A stretch of 64,000 nucleotides of DNA from Cyanophora paradoxa CCMP329 (lineage: Eukaryota; Plantae; Glaucophyta), in assembly GCA_004431415.1 (NCBI GenBank), contig QPMI01000417.1, positions 62,001-126,000 of the forward strand, given 5' to 3'. Position 1 is the stretch's first letter; every line of letters begins with the position of its first letter. Below the pieces are notes generated by a model. That model saw nothing but the letters and a program-made list of their open reading frames with translations. It was not told where the DNA came from and made no database searches. Both the position numbers and the translations under genes were made by a program. Shown here one piece after another: positions 48,928 to 62,891 of the stretch.

Positions 48928-50894
48928 AGCAAGCGTGATGCAAGAGCACGTGAGGGGCCTGTGTTAATTGAAACAAGGAAATCGAATATTCTTTTCGTTG
49001 CAACTAGCCCGCCCCAAGGTGGGACCCAAATCCGGCCGTACCCGAGGAAGGAGCGACAGCCCGACGCAGCCAACGGCGGCCGGGCGGCACCAGCCAGCAA
49101 GCCCGGAAGGTCACCAAAGCGTACGAGAGTGCGTTGGGCGTCCGGCAGCGAGCTCCGGTGCCCGGAGCACGGAGCGCGGATCTTCCGGTCGTCCGTCCTC
49201 GGAATCCCTCCCTACCGTTTGCTCCAGACTCGCAGCATAAGCTACAAACAGCATAAAGACTGCGTAGGCACAAGATGGGAAGATCGGTAGAGAGGGATTT
49301 CATGATCCAGTTTCTTAGCGGTCGCTGGTGCGTGAAAACCACCTCTGAGCCCCGCCTGAATCTTCGCGTATACGTGCAGAGCACTCTGAATCTTCGATTA
49401 AGCTCAAAAAACGGCGGGCCTCAGAGGGCGTTTTCCCTGGCGGGCGCCCCGAAGGCTCTCCCGTGGAACCTGCAACAGCGGGCGGCGGCAGCGAACGGAC
49501 CCGCTGGCATGCAGAGATGCTCATAGCTAACGTGTAGGGCCTATTCGTGTACTCTGAGCCGCACGCGCAGGTCCTTCTCGCGAGACTTGATCCGAGCGCA
49601 GCCACGCCGCAGCGGAGGAGCGCAGCGGCCATGCGGAAGGCTCATGTATAACATGAACATCTCGGAACGGTGCGTGTCGAGGCCCCGCGCCGCCGCGCTC
49701 GCGCGCCCGGGCCTAACTGGATCCAGCCCCGCCTCTCGCAGGCCTCGAGTCGCCATGGCATCTTTCGCCGCCTCCGAGGTCGCGCATCGCTTGCGTGCAT
49801 CGCTGACGTCCCGCCAAGCCCCCGCTTTCGTGGCCCGCCGCGCCCCAGGCAGATGCGCTCTCGTGTGCAATCAAGCATGTCATGCGGTTCTTGATGGCAT
49901 GGCTGCGACGGCGGGGCGGTGTGGGTTGAGATGCCGAGGGCCACGAGACACATCTAGAGCTAATGCAGAGCGCGCGTGAGGGCAGCGGCATGCACCCCCG
50001 CCGCCAGCGGCACCTCCTCCAGCTTGGGCACCTGGGCGATTCGATTCCGCTGCGAACTGCGAGGTCGCGACGGGCCGCCGGGAGCGCGAATCAATGCTCG
50101 TCTTGATAGAGCTTGCGTGGATGCACCGTGGCTCCGGCGCGCGCCCGCCTCGATCGTCGCCTGCTCCTGCCGTGTATGCACCTGGGCAATTTGATCTCGC
50201 TCCAGGGGCTCAGCACCGCGAGGACTCGCAGGGCCGCCGTAGCGCGATTCGGTGAGCGCATGAATAGAGCTTGCGCAGATGCAGCGCGGCCCTGGCGCGC
50301 GCTTCCCCAGCAGAGATTGCTCATGAGTTCCAGTGAGCTAGTGAGTTCCTGGGCGACTGGCTGACCCCAGCAGGCGCTCTTTGAGCCAGAATCATTATCA
50401 CATGTAGTTATATCACTGCACCAAGATACAGGGTGATCCGAAGTGTTTTTGGGCCCGACCGGTGTTTTGAACTTTACTCGTAGGACCCTCTCTGGAACTT
50501 TTCAGTTTTCAAGTTTCAAAATGCCACCCCGACGTGCTCATGATGCCTTGTTGAAGCATCAACTCACTCAGAAGTGGCGATTTCACGTCCCCGGGGGTTT
50601 TCGAAGGTGCTGAAGACGATGGTGGCGGTACCGAAGGCCGCCGATCAAAGCCTGGGTCCGTCTTCAAGAACTACTGGAAATTGGGCCCCCAGATGCATCC
50701 TCATGATCAGTGATCCTCGCGCGCCCAGTTGCATGCAGCGCTCAGGGCACAGAATATAAGTCATTTACATGCTTTTGAAACAAAATATAGGCTTAATAGA
50801 GCGCTCGCGGGCCTCTGAGGAGAGAAAGCAAAGCTACACTAAGCTACGTGGCTAAGCTGCGGCGTCGGCCGCATCCTGGCGTCGTCCCCTCGCA

Positions 50895-51602
50895 TCCAGG
50901 GCGCCCGGCGGCGGCGCCGCGCGGCCTCCTGCGGCGGGGGACGCGGGGGGCGGGCGGGGGCGCGGGCGGGGCTGCACGGGCGGGCTCGGCGGCGGCGGAA
51001 GGCGTCGGCAGCGTCGCGGCCTCGTCCCCTCGCGTCCGAGGCGCTCGGGGGCGGCCCGGCGCGGGCTCCTGCGGCGGGGCGCGCGGCGGGCGGGCGGGGG
51101 CGCGGGCGGGGCTGCACGGGCGGGCTCGGCGGCGGCGGAAGGCGTCGGCGGCGTCGCGGCCTCGTCCCCCGCGTCCGAGGCTCTCGGGGGCGGCCCGGCG
51201 CGGGCTCCTGCGGCGGGGCGCGCGGCGGGCGGGCGGGGGCGCGGGCGGGGCTGCACGGGCGGGCTCGGCGGCGGCGGAAGGCGTCGGCGGCGTCGCGGCC
51301 TCGTCCCCCCGCGTCCGAGGCTCTCGGGGCGGCCCGGCGCGGGCTCCTGCGGCGGGGCGCGCGGCGGGCGGGCGGGGGCGCGGGCGGGGCTGCACGGGCG
51401 GGCTCGGCGGCGGCGGAAGGCGTCGGCGGCGTCGCGGCCTCGTCCCCCGCGTCCGAGGCTCTTGGGGGCGGCCCGGCGCGGACTCCTGCGGCGGGGCGCG
51501 CGGCGGGCGGGCGGGGGCGCGGGCGGGGCTGCACGGGCGGGCTCGGCGGCGGCGGAAGGCGTCGGCGGCGTCGCGGCCTCGTCCCCCCGCGTCCGAGGCT
51601 CT
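50895..51602. repeat. ~139-bp extremely GC-rich tandem repeat x~5
   Basis: cgtccgagg anchors at 51033, 51172, 51312, 51450 and 51590. Confidence 0.92.
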
Positions 51603-52695
51603 TGTTCTGCGAGAGCATGATGCACGGTGGACACCGCCGCGCCGTGCCAGCGAGTGCGGACTTGTTCTGCGATTACAAACGATGCTCTTAGTTGTGCAGA
51701 ACGCTGCCCCGCATGATGGCACCGCACCACGCTCGCTCCCGCGAAGCGCCCCGCGCTCTCCCGAGCACACTGCGGCTGCGTCAGAGGAGGACCCTCAGGA
51801 GGTGCCGCCAGCGGACCGCAAACGCTAGTTGAGCATCGTATATACGTACTAGCATGCACGTGTCACCCTCGGAAGCGATACAACGACACCGGGAGCGACG
51901 GATCGCCCGCAGTCACCGAAGCCGCGCAGGTCGGCCGTTCGCAAGGCGCGGAGCGTCCGCGGTGCTGGCTGTAGCTAGCTACGGGCCGGCTGTAACATGT
52001 ATACAACTACTCTAGTGGCCAGACTAGGCCAGGCTCGCCGCGCGGGGCGTGCGACCGCGCCGAAGGCATGATGTCGGGTCGGTCGGCGGCGGGGCCGCCG
52101 GGGAGCTAGCCAGAGCGCCCGGCTACCCGGCTGGTGCTTCCGATGCATGCTCTGTGCTCTCCCGGTGCGGCGCTGCTGAAGTTCGGGACGTGCGCCGGAA
52201 GTGTGCGGTACTCCCCCCTAGACATCTCTTTCGCCGCAGGATAATAAAAAGGCATTTCCTTAAATCCGACCATAGGGGCCCCTCACGGCAGCGCACGCAC
52301 GTGCACCAGCCGCTCGGCCGCGCGCGAGGCCGCTTGCCATCTGCATGCGCAGCTGCAGCTGCCCCCGAATCCTCCGGGTCCGCAAGACGACGCGTTTCAG
52401 CGCTCCTATGCTCGCCCTGTCGTGCGAAGAGCGAAACAAGGAGGACCGAGCTCGAGAATGCAAGCGACGCACCGGGTGCTTAAGCTTCGAATTCCGTTCG
52501 ACGTCGACGCCGCCACGGCGACGTTAACCAGGCAGCTCCAACCAGATGGCGCTGACTCAGTGAGACACTGAGTCGTAAACACTCGCATCAAAAACACTGA
52601 GTCGGTACCAAACCGACGAGAACAACGCTTACCAATGCGACAGAGGCATGAGCTGGATGGGATCGTGTCAGACTCCTTCGTACGATCTGCCCCGG

Positions 52696-52869
52696 GCCCG
52701 ACGATGCGGTCCGCTGTTGTGGCCGAGCACCTGCTCGGCATAGGAACCCAGCCACGGCCCACGCGTACGCGTACGGCCCGCGGCCGTCGGAGGACAGGGT
52801 ACAGGGACAATCGGAACGGCGGACCTGGTCCGCCGTTCTGGGAAAAAAACGAGAAAAACACGGGTACGT
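52696..52869 (+). repeat. Dispersed structured repeat, copy 2
   Basis: Homologous to 46472-46624. Confidence 0.85.
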
Positions 52870-55800
52870 TAACGTTGTCAGCCTCCTGCCCGCCCGCGCG
52901 CAGCGCGCGCCGGCGCTGTGGCTAGCACTGCGCATGCGGACACACACATACCATATAGTAAAACCAATACCACATACCATATGCATACCATACCTGTCCA
53001 CACGCATTATAAATTATAATTATATAACCCGGTGGCAAGCTTAAGCGCCGACGAAACGAGCGCAACCGGAAACCCCGTTACCGCGGCCGGTGGCAAGCTT
53101 TTACTAAGTGAAGCGCCGACGAATTCGAAACGCGCGCAATTGCAACAGTTGATCATGAAGCGGCATGGACTACCTGATCATCGTAACGGTCCAGCGCCGG
53201 TAGAAAAAGAGTATGGCCATATGCATGGCCATGGTGATTTTGCGATATCGATGACCAGTAATATTTTTGGTAAGTTTAAGTTTGGTAAGTTTTCTGTAAT
53301 GCATGAGCTGCACGATGACAAGCGCCAAAAACCAGCTGCAGTACTAGTTGTACCGATTGCAACGAAGCCGGGACCCAGCCTGGCAGCTCGGCCAGCTGCA
53401 GGTACGCCTGTCGCTCAGAACAGAAGGGTACAGCAGATTGCGATCTAGATCTCGATCGTTCGCGATCGGTCAGCGGCCGCACCACCGGTACCCGGGCATG
53501 ATAGGAGCTGCAAGTTAGCTAGGAGTACTGCAAAGTTAGCTAGGAGCTGCATAATCACCCGTACTCCCCACAGTCAGATTGCGTACCCCCCCTCCGTCAG
53601 CTGACTAGCCAGCTGACAGAATCTTACTACAATGCATTCAACGTCATCATGACGTCATCGAATCTTCTAACAATGGTGCATCGTCATCATGACATCATAG
53701 AATCTCTTAACAATCATATATCAAATACCTAATACCCAAAAGCTCGAGAGTAACCTCGATTCACGGATCAAAAGTCGGCAGTAGAGCCTCTGGTCTCTTC
53801 TTCCCTTCGGTCAGAATTGAGACCAGAGGCTGATATAGATCTGCAGCGCTTGGCGTAATCGATGTCGCCATTGCCCTTAAGCTTGTTAACGTTGGCGTAA
53901 AAGCTGCCCAGGCTTTCCGGTGGACCCCCGTCAGTTCTAATTTTGTATACCGCCGGCCGCGCCGGCGCGTCAATACTTGCGCATGCCCGGCGGCGGCCCC
54001 GCCGGCCCGGCCGCGGCCGCCATGAATCCCATGATCAAGATTCATGAATCCCATGTTGCTAGTAACTTGCTACAGCCAACCGGTAGGGTCCGGTCCTAGG
54101 TCCGGTACCCCCTCCGCCGCGCCGGCCCCGCGCGCGGACGGCGCGCCGGCGGCCGGCCGCCCGGCCCTTCGCGTCACGAATCGCGTGGCGGCACTGGCGG
54201 GCAGTGCCGGGCACTGGCGGCGCCGGCGGTACCTGGTACGTGTACGTATATACCGTCACGGCGTAGTACCCACTGCTAGTAGTCTGCTACTAGTACCCAC
54301 TACTACCCAGTGGCCTTGGGTACCGGTAGCCGGCGGTAGGCCTCTCTTGACAAAAAGTAGTACTTAGTATCATCAACTGCAATTGCAAGTTTGCAACTCC
54401 GGATCCGGATCCCCACTCCCCACTGATTCCCCAGTGATTCCCCACCGTGGCACCGTGGCACTGGCCTGGCCTCTAGGTAGCCTAAGGTAGGCTGGGCCGC
54501 TGGAGCCGCAGCTCACACGAGTCAGCCGCTGCAGCGCGTGGGGACTCGGGACTCGGGAGTCGGGAGTCGGGAGGCCCGGGAGGGGGCAACCCCCTCCCTG
54601 CCTGGCCGGACCTATCCGAGCAAATTTTGTTTTTTTGGAGCCGCTGCAGCGCTAGCTGGACAGCCTGGACCGTGCCTGGTCCAGCCTGGACCCCCGGGCC
54701 CCCGGCGCCCCGCCCGGCGGCCGCGGCGCCGGCGCGCCGCCGGGCCGGCGGCGCCGGGCGGCGGGCCGGCGGCCGCCGGCGGGCGGCCGCCGAGTCGGCG
54801 CCGACTCGCCGGGCCCCCGGCGGTTGCATTGAATCATCGAATCGTCCTCCGAGCCTCGGCCCTCGGGCGCCGGCCTCGCTTGCGATCGACTCGCGGGCCG
54901 CGGCCGGCGCCCGCGCGCGGCTCGAGGGCCGAGGCTCCGCGAGGACCGCGCGCGAGTCTGCGCGACGTCGACGGTGCGCATGCGACGCACAGGCGGCACA
55001 GCGGCACAGGCTGTGCTGTGCAATGTGCATGCAGGGCATTGCAGGCTAATTTGCAGCTGCAGGCTTGGCCACTGCGCGGCCAAGCTGCGCATGCACTGCC
55101 GCAGTACCCCCCCGCGGGCCGGTAGACCCGCAGACTGGCCCGCAGCTCAGCGGCTGCAGACTGGCCCATATATATGCAATGATTATGCATGCAGGCCGCC
55201 GCACATCGCCGCGGCGCGGCACATATACAGGCTCGTACTACGGTACTGCGGCAAAGCGCATGCGCATGGCTGCAGCGCTAGCTATATAGCCCGGCGGCAT
55301 GCACCGATCTGCGCATGCACTGCCATGCATGCAGGCTGATGCAGCTGCAGCCATGACCGTCGGACGTCGACTCTGATGATTCCATGATGAGCTAGTCACG
55401 GTACGTGAGCTCGAGACACTTGCCGCAGTGCATGCGCAAAATTGACACTGCAAATGCACAGGCGCGCGCAACTGCAGCGCGCCTGACTTGCAATTGGTCC
55501 TCTTTTCCTCTTTCCGAAAGCCTTCCGATCCGCGTGCCTCAGCTCGCCGGCATCCGCAAAGCCTTGCAAGCTTAAGGCAGCTCAGCTCAGCGGCTGCAGG
55601 CCGTCGGCCGCGCCCCGCGCGCGCCTTGAATTTTAGTCTTAATTATAAGCTTCGCCTGACCTTAGTTATCAACTGCAGCTGCAGCTGCAGGCCCGAGGCT
55701 GAGCTCGAGGTATATACATGTACATGTACATTTACAGCTGCAGCTGCAGCAGCTGATTAAGTAGGCATTGCCGCAGTGTTATGAAATCTTTGCCCACATG

Positions 55801-55885
55801 CTGCGCGCTCGCGGCTGATCCAGCGTGCCCGCGGGCGCCGGCGCGGAACACGCCGTGACGGGCCGGTTCCACTGTTCATCTGCAT

Positions 55886-58800
55886 ATGCATCAGCGTATG
55901 GCGCCGGGCGCGGTAGCGCAGCCATCCGCAGATCATGATCAGCCGCAGGGGTCCGCGGCCGGCTCAACCCCAGCGCTGTTTAAGCTGCAGCAGATGCTGC
56001 ACGCGCTCAAACCTCCCTCAAGCGTCGGCGCCGACATCGATGTCGATGGCGCCGGCCATGGCACGAATGCAGCAGCCGCGGCCGCCGCGGCCGGCATGCC
56101 CCGCTTCCGCAGCCGTCGCGGTCGCGAGGATGCACAGTCGCGATCGAGCTCGGCGGGACCGGTTATCGATGCTCTGGCGCCGGCTGCAGCTGAACCTGCC
56201 GCCAACGCTCCATTGCAAGGCATCCGTAATACTAGCAGCGATGCTGGATCCGGAGCCGCCAGCGCCGGCGCGGCCGCGGCCCGCCGCCGCTCTGATCAGG
56301 TGCACCCATGGCCAGCGGCGCGCACGGTGGTGTCAATGGCCTCTGGCGGCGGCCAGCGCCGCTCGATTCTAGCTGTAGGCGCCGGCGGCCCCAGTTCTGC
56401 CGTCTTAATGGCGCAAAACGTCCTCTCTGCGTTCCAGCGGAAAGTTGCACCTTCTGGCCAGCGCGGGAGCCTGGCCATGGCGCATGCGGTTGGCCCGTCC
56501 TCCCCTGGAGCAGTGAATCCGGAGCGCCTCAGGACGGAGGCAGAGCTCCAACAAGCGGTGAAGGTGCGCGCGCGCGATAACAGCTGATTTCCGGATTCTT
56601 CACGCGTGGAATTCCCGAAATCCTAGAAACCAAATGCACAATCGGACTTCGGAAGAACGTAGTTTAGAGCCAGTATCAGCTAGAGCGCAAAAACCTCATA
56701 AACCGTTTCGCAGATCAACGGACAGCTGATCGGTGTCATCCAAGTCCATCTCGCCCCTCGGTCATATTTTCGAGCTTTGTGCGCTTCCGCCCGCGGCCCG
56801 CGGCCCTCTAGTTATATAGCTCCCATTCTAAAACTATGCGCTATCCCCTGTGTGCTTCGGCCCCTCTCCCCTTCCCCCGCGCCGGCCCGTTGAATATATA
56901 TTTGTGCATCTTGTCGGCATCGGTTTCGCGCTTTTGATCGTACGTTCTGTTGCGGGGCTTTTTTGCAGCTGGAACATTTACGTGTCCGTTCTCATCCTCT
57001 ATTCAGTCGTTACGGTCCGCCCCGCCTCAAAGTATTAATCCTGTTTTGCGACCTCCTGAGACTCCGAGGACAGGTCCCGTTCAATACCGCCTTCGATTAC
57101 TGGAACCGAAGGCCCCATGGCCTCGTGCGTGTGCCTCGTTGATCGAAGTTCTTTCTAATTGTGATTGTGAAGATCTAGAGCTCCGGTCCGGATCCAGCGT
57201 GAAACGTTGAATCACGTCAAACATTCGGCAGGTTTCCTGGGACATCGTTGTTGACGTCAGCTTCATCCTGGATGTCGCACTCAACTTCCTGGCGCCGTTC
57301 CCGGATCCCGACAGCGCGAAGCAGGAAATCGTCTTCTCCCTTGGACGGATCGGTGCCCTCGCCTCACCTAGACTTCGATCTTTAAGTTAGCGTACCTGAA
57401 TTCGCCTAACGGTGTCGTTGCCGCCACAGCACGCCGGTACAGCGGGTCGTGGCTTATTCCCGATCTCTTCAGTTCGCTGCCCGTACGTATACGTGTATAT
57501 ATATCAATCATTCGAATCTGACAACGATGGCATCGACTTAACTGCCGCATGCGCAGGTCGACCTTTTCACCCAAGAAACCGATTCCGGTTCTGGCGATGT
57601 GTCCGCACTCTATTTTCTAAGGTGCGTTTCTACACCAGGCTTTCAGTATTCTCGATGAAGCCTGCCGCATGCATGTGTGAATTTCGAAATCAGATTCCTC
57701 CGGCTTCTAAGAGTGGCGAGGATCTCGCGGCTGGCGAGGCTGCTGAGTGCCATAAAGCAGACCCGCCTGGTGCGCCCCCCATGACCAACTCCCTCGCTTG
57801 CGAGGGTTTACATCTGGAAACGCGCCCGCACTCTCCGCAGATGCATAACCTGGAAACCCGAGTGAAGCTGTACCCGGGCAGCGGCCGCCTCTTCGGATTG
57901 GTCTTCTGGGTTGGCCTCATCTCTCATTGGTTCTGCTGTATCCAGGTATTGAAATTTTCGAGCCGAAGCACAATCGCAAGTCGAATATCTATTTTAATCG
58001 TGTTGGCAGTTCTACGCGTCGCGCTACGACGATTTCTCGGACAGGAAGTCCTGGCGAGTTGCCTAATGTTTATGCAAATGTTTACCTAATGTGAAGTTAC
58101 CGAGGACAATTGAAACACCCGTTTATCTAATGTTCCGAAGTTCATGTAAATATAAATGTGAACTCATTCTTCCTCGGCAGGGTTGTCGAGCACGGCCTCG
58201 AGAACGCCCCCGTCGGCGACCAATACCTCAATACGCTCTATTGGGTCATCGTGCGCACGCGCACGAATTCGAATCGTAGCTGACGAACTCGAGCTCGCCC
58301 CTCCATCGAATTGCTTTCACCGGGCTTACTTTAATATTACTCGCCCCTCAAGCTTCAATCGATGTCTGACTGGCAACCGCCTCTCATCGTCCCTTTCATC
58401 GCCCCCCTCCGCAGACGACCCTCACAACCGTGGGCTACGGAGACATCAGGTGCGGGCCCCTCGAGCTCTAGATCTTGAGAGAACGATTTGCATTAGCACT
58501 AGCTAGAAGACAAGACGCCGCGGTCATTGATCCCGCCCCACCTCTTCGCAGCCCCGGTTCGAATCGAGAGAAAGTCGTCACAATTTTTATGTTCCTGGTA
58601 AGGGGAACTTCAAACGCTCCAATGCATTGTATAATTAGCTTTTCCTGCTGCTCACGCTCCGCACGCGGCAGGTCGGAGCGACGGTCTTCGCCTTGTGCGC
58701 GCGCCTCCTTTATATAATGAGTTTACTTGTCGCGCGCTGTCACCCTTCCCTTATATGACATCACCCTTTTTATAATAAGTTTACTTGTGCGCGCGCCTCC

Positions 58801-61800
58801 TTTATATAATGAGTTTACTTGTCGCGCGCTGTCACCCCTCCCTTATATATATGAAATCACCCTTTTTATAATAAGTTTACTTGTGCGCGCGCCTCCTTTA
58901 TATAATATATAAGTTTCCTTGTCACGCGACCGCCCTCCTCTTCACCACGACGCGCTCTCGGATTTGAATTCGAATTTGAATTCGATCCGGCGCTGTCGCC
59001 CTTCCCGTCACCACGACGCCCTCTAGAATTCGAATTAGAATTCGAAGTCGAATTCGATCCGGCGCAGCCTCATTGGAGCTGTCACATCCCTCGCCGCGTC
59101 GATGGACCGCGCCAGCGCCCGCTACCGGTGCCCTCTACCTTCTGATTTAAATCTCATCCAATAGTAACGCACTAATACCCGATTCCTCGCGCCTTCCCCG
59201 TTCGCAGGGAGCGGATGGACTCCCTTTCGGCGTTCCTCTCCTACAACCGCGTCCCTTCGGAGCTCAGTCGCCGCATAAAATCGTTCTTCGAGCATTTTCT
59301 GGTCATCCACATCGACTCTTATATAATTACGATAAGACTCTGCTCTAGATCTGCAATTGCGCCGTTCACGATCAGGTAGTTGATGTGTGGCATGGCGCGC
59401 GCGCGCGCAGCGAGGCTCCTTCGCTTTCGACGAAGAGCGGCTGCTGGAGGAGCTGTCGATCGCACTCCGCACCGACCTCGCCATGTTCCGCCACAAGGTG
59501 CGCCGCGGCATGAGTGCTTAAAGCATCATTACATTATAAGCGAATTTATTTAAAGGACCATGTTACACATGCATGCATACATGTACATACGGAACGCGCG
59601 TGAAGCTTAAGAGAGAACTCGAGAATTATCCATTTTCATTGACGGTAATTTCGATGGGCTTTGAATCGATGGCGCCGCGGCTCAGGATATGCTGCTGAAG
59701 AGCCCTCTGTTCCGACGGGCGCGGTCCGATCAGCGGTTCCTCGAGCGCACCGTTCTCGCGCTGCGGCGCTCGGCTTTCGGGCCGGGGGATCAGGTGCGGT
59801 GATCCCCCGCCACCGGGCCAACGCTCCGACCCTGCATAGCCGGCCGCGGAGGGGTGCACAATTGCAAGCCTCGGTCGTGACCTTCGCGATCGTGTGCACG
59901 TGCTTCGGCAGATATTCTTCGAGGGGGAGAAAGGCTACGAAATGTTCTTCATCGCCTACGGGGTGCTCAAAATTTTACGCCGCTCCGGCTTCCTGTTCAA
60001 GTTCATCCCTGATCTAAAACGACGCCTCTTTTCGTGACCAGCGGGTTCGCATCGCGAAAAACGTCGACGGAGGCGAAGTCACGACCATCACCACTCTTTC
60101 CGGTATGAAATCTGCTGGGAATTTGAAGGCTTGCACAGAGCCCGCTGACCGCTCTGATCGAACTTTCGCCGACATTGAAGACGGGCAATTCTTCGGAGAG
60201 GTAATTAATATATTTCGGGATCGATGGAGAGCGGGGGACCGTCGTAAACGGCGACGTGCCGACCTTTCCCTGCAGATTGCCGTTCTGACAAACAGCGTGC
60301 GGACCGCACATGCCATTGCCGTCGACTTCTGCGGTAGCCCCCGCTCCCCTCACTACTCGATATCGTGAGCTCGAACTCACGCGCGATTGCTCTGCTTGCA
60401 GAGCTCTACTCTTTGCACAAGGTGACACGGAGCCCGTTTCCGCATTCATTGAAGGATGCCATTTGCATTCGAATCGTCTGACCGCCGAATTTTAATTTCA
60501 GGACGACTTGGAAGAAGTGCTGGAGGATTTCCCTCATGTGCGTTGAATTCTATTCGAATTGGGCGCACCGTAGGCTTAATTGAGATGTGATCATGACCTT
60601 CGAATTCGTCCTGGCCTGGGCAGGTGGCGGAGCTCTTCGCCTTCTTTGCTATAGAAAGAATCGAGGCGGTGCGAAAGAAAGGCTAGCGCTCTAGTTACGT
60701 TTTGATTAGTGCGTTGACTTTGATTCCGTGCGCTGCAGAACGCGGAGGAGGCGAGGCGCCAGTACGAACAGCGCGTGCAAGGTGCATGCGGTGACGGCGT
60801 GGGTGTGCAAGCAATCGCAACTGCAAATGTTGCCGTCGAATCCGAAGGGGGTGCCGGTGCGGTTGCATTGTGAAATGCACATCTTGCGCAAGTCAGGTTC
60901 GAAACTGTCGCTGCAGTCACGGAGCGCGTCATGAGGCCGGAGGAGGAAGAGGAGGCGATGGAAGCGGAGAGGAGGGAGCCCTCGATCCTCCGAGTCCCTT
61001 CCAACGGAAGCCTTGCGGGCGGCCGCAGGCGATCGTTCGCTTCCTCGCCAGCATCGCGCATCGCCAGTGCCCGCAGCGGCGGATTTGGCTACGACAGCGG
61101 GCAGGAAGGAGACCGCGAGGCGTCAAAGCCGGCTTCGAATCCGGCGGGCGTGCGCAGAGTCGGCAGGGCGGATCTCGGCCGCAGTACCAGTACCAGCGGC
61201 CCCGCGCGGCGGTACAAGTGGATCCCGACGGCCCAAACCGCGGCGCTCGGGGAGCAGATCGCGCTGGCCCGGTCGCGGCGAGGCTCGGCCGACAGCAGCG
61301 TCGGGGCGCACGATCGCGAGCGGCCCAGCACCATACCTGAGGAGCCCCTACAGCTGCAGACCGGAACGATGTCTGCGTCGGCGCTGCCCGAGGAGCCACT
61401 CCAGGTCGGACTGGCGTCGTTCCGGGGTCCGATACGGCGCGCCCTTCTGCGCCACGCGGCGCCGGTGCGAATTCGAAATTAAATTGAACTGATCTCGTTG
61501 CGAGTCGACTTTGGGAAACGAATTTAATAATGTTTGATCGTCGAGCAGGCAGAAGTCGACGCGGGTGATCACGAGATCGAAAGGGAGTTCGAGGAGGGCG
61601 CGCCGCCACCGCAAGAAAGCTCGGGATCCGGCCATGGGGGGTTGCAAAGTTTGCTCGCCGTGGAAGGCCCGGCCCCCGCCGCACCACGGTCGACGTCGAC
61701 GTCCAGCTCTCCGCCAGTGTTGCGCGTGCCGCCCGTCCGGCCTATACAACTGCAGCCCCTGGGTTCGAAGGCGGCCTCGGCCCGCCACGATCGCGAGGCT

Positions 61801-62151
61801 GCCCAGGCGGTCCCCCGCCTCCAAATTCACATCCAGTCGGCGACGAGCTCTGCCACCTCGAGCCCGAGGCAGCTTGCCCATGCGCATGCGCAGGCTTCGG
61901 ATCCAGCAGCACAGCTTAAGCTTGCGCCCGCGGCGGATCCGGGTATACGTACCGGTGCCGCCACCCCCGGCTGGGCCGATGCTCTTTTAAGCGAGCTGCG
62001 CGCCATGCGGGAGGAGGAGCGGGCTGCGAGGGAGCAGCTGCGGGCCGAGCTCTGTGCCCGAGCTGACGAGGAGGCCGCGGCAATCCGCGCCCTGACCGCC
62101 GCTATCGATCGGCTGGCGATCGCGAGAGCGGAAGCGCCGCCGACGCGCTAG
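55886..62151 (+). CDS. Voltage-gated K+ channel with C-linker and cyclic-nucleotide-binding domain (EAG/HCN/plant Shaker-like superfamily)
   Basis: S2 DIVVDVSFILDVALNF; S4 RFLRLLRVARISRLARL (~57692); S5 LISHWFCC; pore LYWVI/TTLTTVGYGDI (~58415); CNBD IFFEGEKGYEMFFI, GQFFGEIAVL..RTA..ELYSL. Start uncertain, TAG at 62149-51. Confidence 0.92.
58692..58920. repeat. ~90-bp intronic tandem repeat (x2.5) that copies the 5' splice junction
   Basis: ttgtgcgcgcgcctcctttatataat occurs three times. Confidence 0.85.
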
Positions 62152-62891
62152 CGCTTCCCCTCTGTTTCTCAAGAACATGAGCCAGCCGCTGAGCAATTCA
62201 ACGTGATCGGGATCCCTCGCGATCGATTGCAGATCCTAGGGCTAGATGGTTACGTGGCCGCCGGGCCCAGTCGCCGAGTCATGATCAGATTAACTTATTA
62301 TTAGTAAGATGCATCATGGCATGCATATGGCCTATAATCGATTTATATTATATATATGGCCTATAATCGATTTATATTATATATATAAGGTTGCAAATGC
62401 GCACTACGGCAGGATCATCGGATGCCGTAGCATTGCAGAGCAGCTGCAGGGTTTGCTATTGCATCGATATCCGATCCGGATCCGGAATCTCCGAATTTCG
62501 AATCTCATATGCATCCGGATCCGATGATCAAGAGTGCCGACTCAAGAGCCAATTGCAAGAGCTGCCATCTAATGCCGAGAGCTGGGAAGATCTGGAAGAA
62601 ATACCGTAGTACGAAAGGGAGTGGGCGGAACTCGATGGGCGCAAGCTTAAGGCTAGGCACGCGCAGGGACAGCGGCAAGGCTAGCCCTGAGGCACGCGCA
62701 GGGACAGCGGACAGCGGATCGACTCCAATACGGATCCAGATTTAACTTATAGATTTAGATTCGCGATCGAATGTGCGCCGCGCCGCCGAGAACACGAAGC
62801 CGGGGGGGGGGAGAAGCCAGCCCAAGCACTGTACCCGCCAATTGCAAAAGACTCTCTTGAAAAGAGCTGCCGCAACTCAGTGACTTGAAAC

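Noticed and set aside
50427-50440. Mariner-like terminus TACAGGGTGATC
   Set aside because: No convincing matching inverted terminus in the window.
50839-51859. Several 250-335 aa ORFs on both strands
   Set aside because: Products of a GC-rich tandem repeat whose unit length is not a constant multiple of 3.
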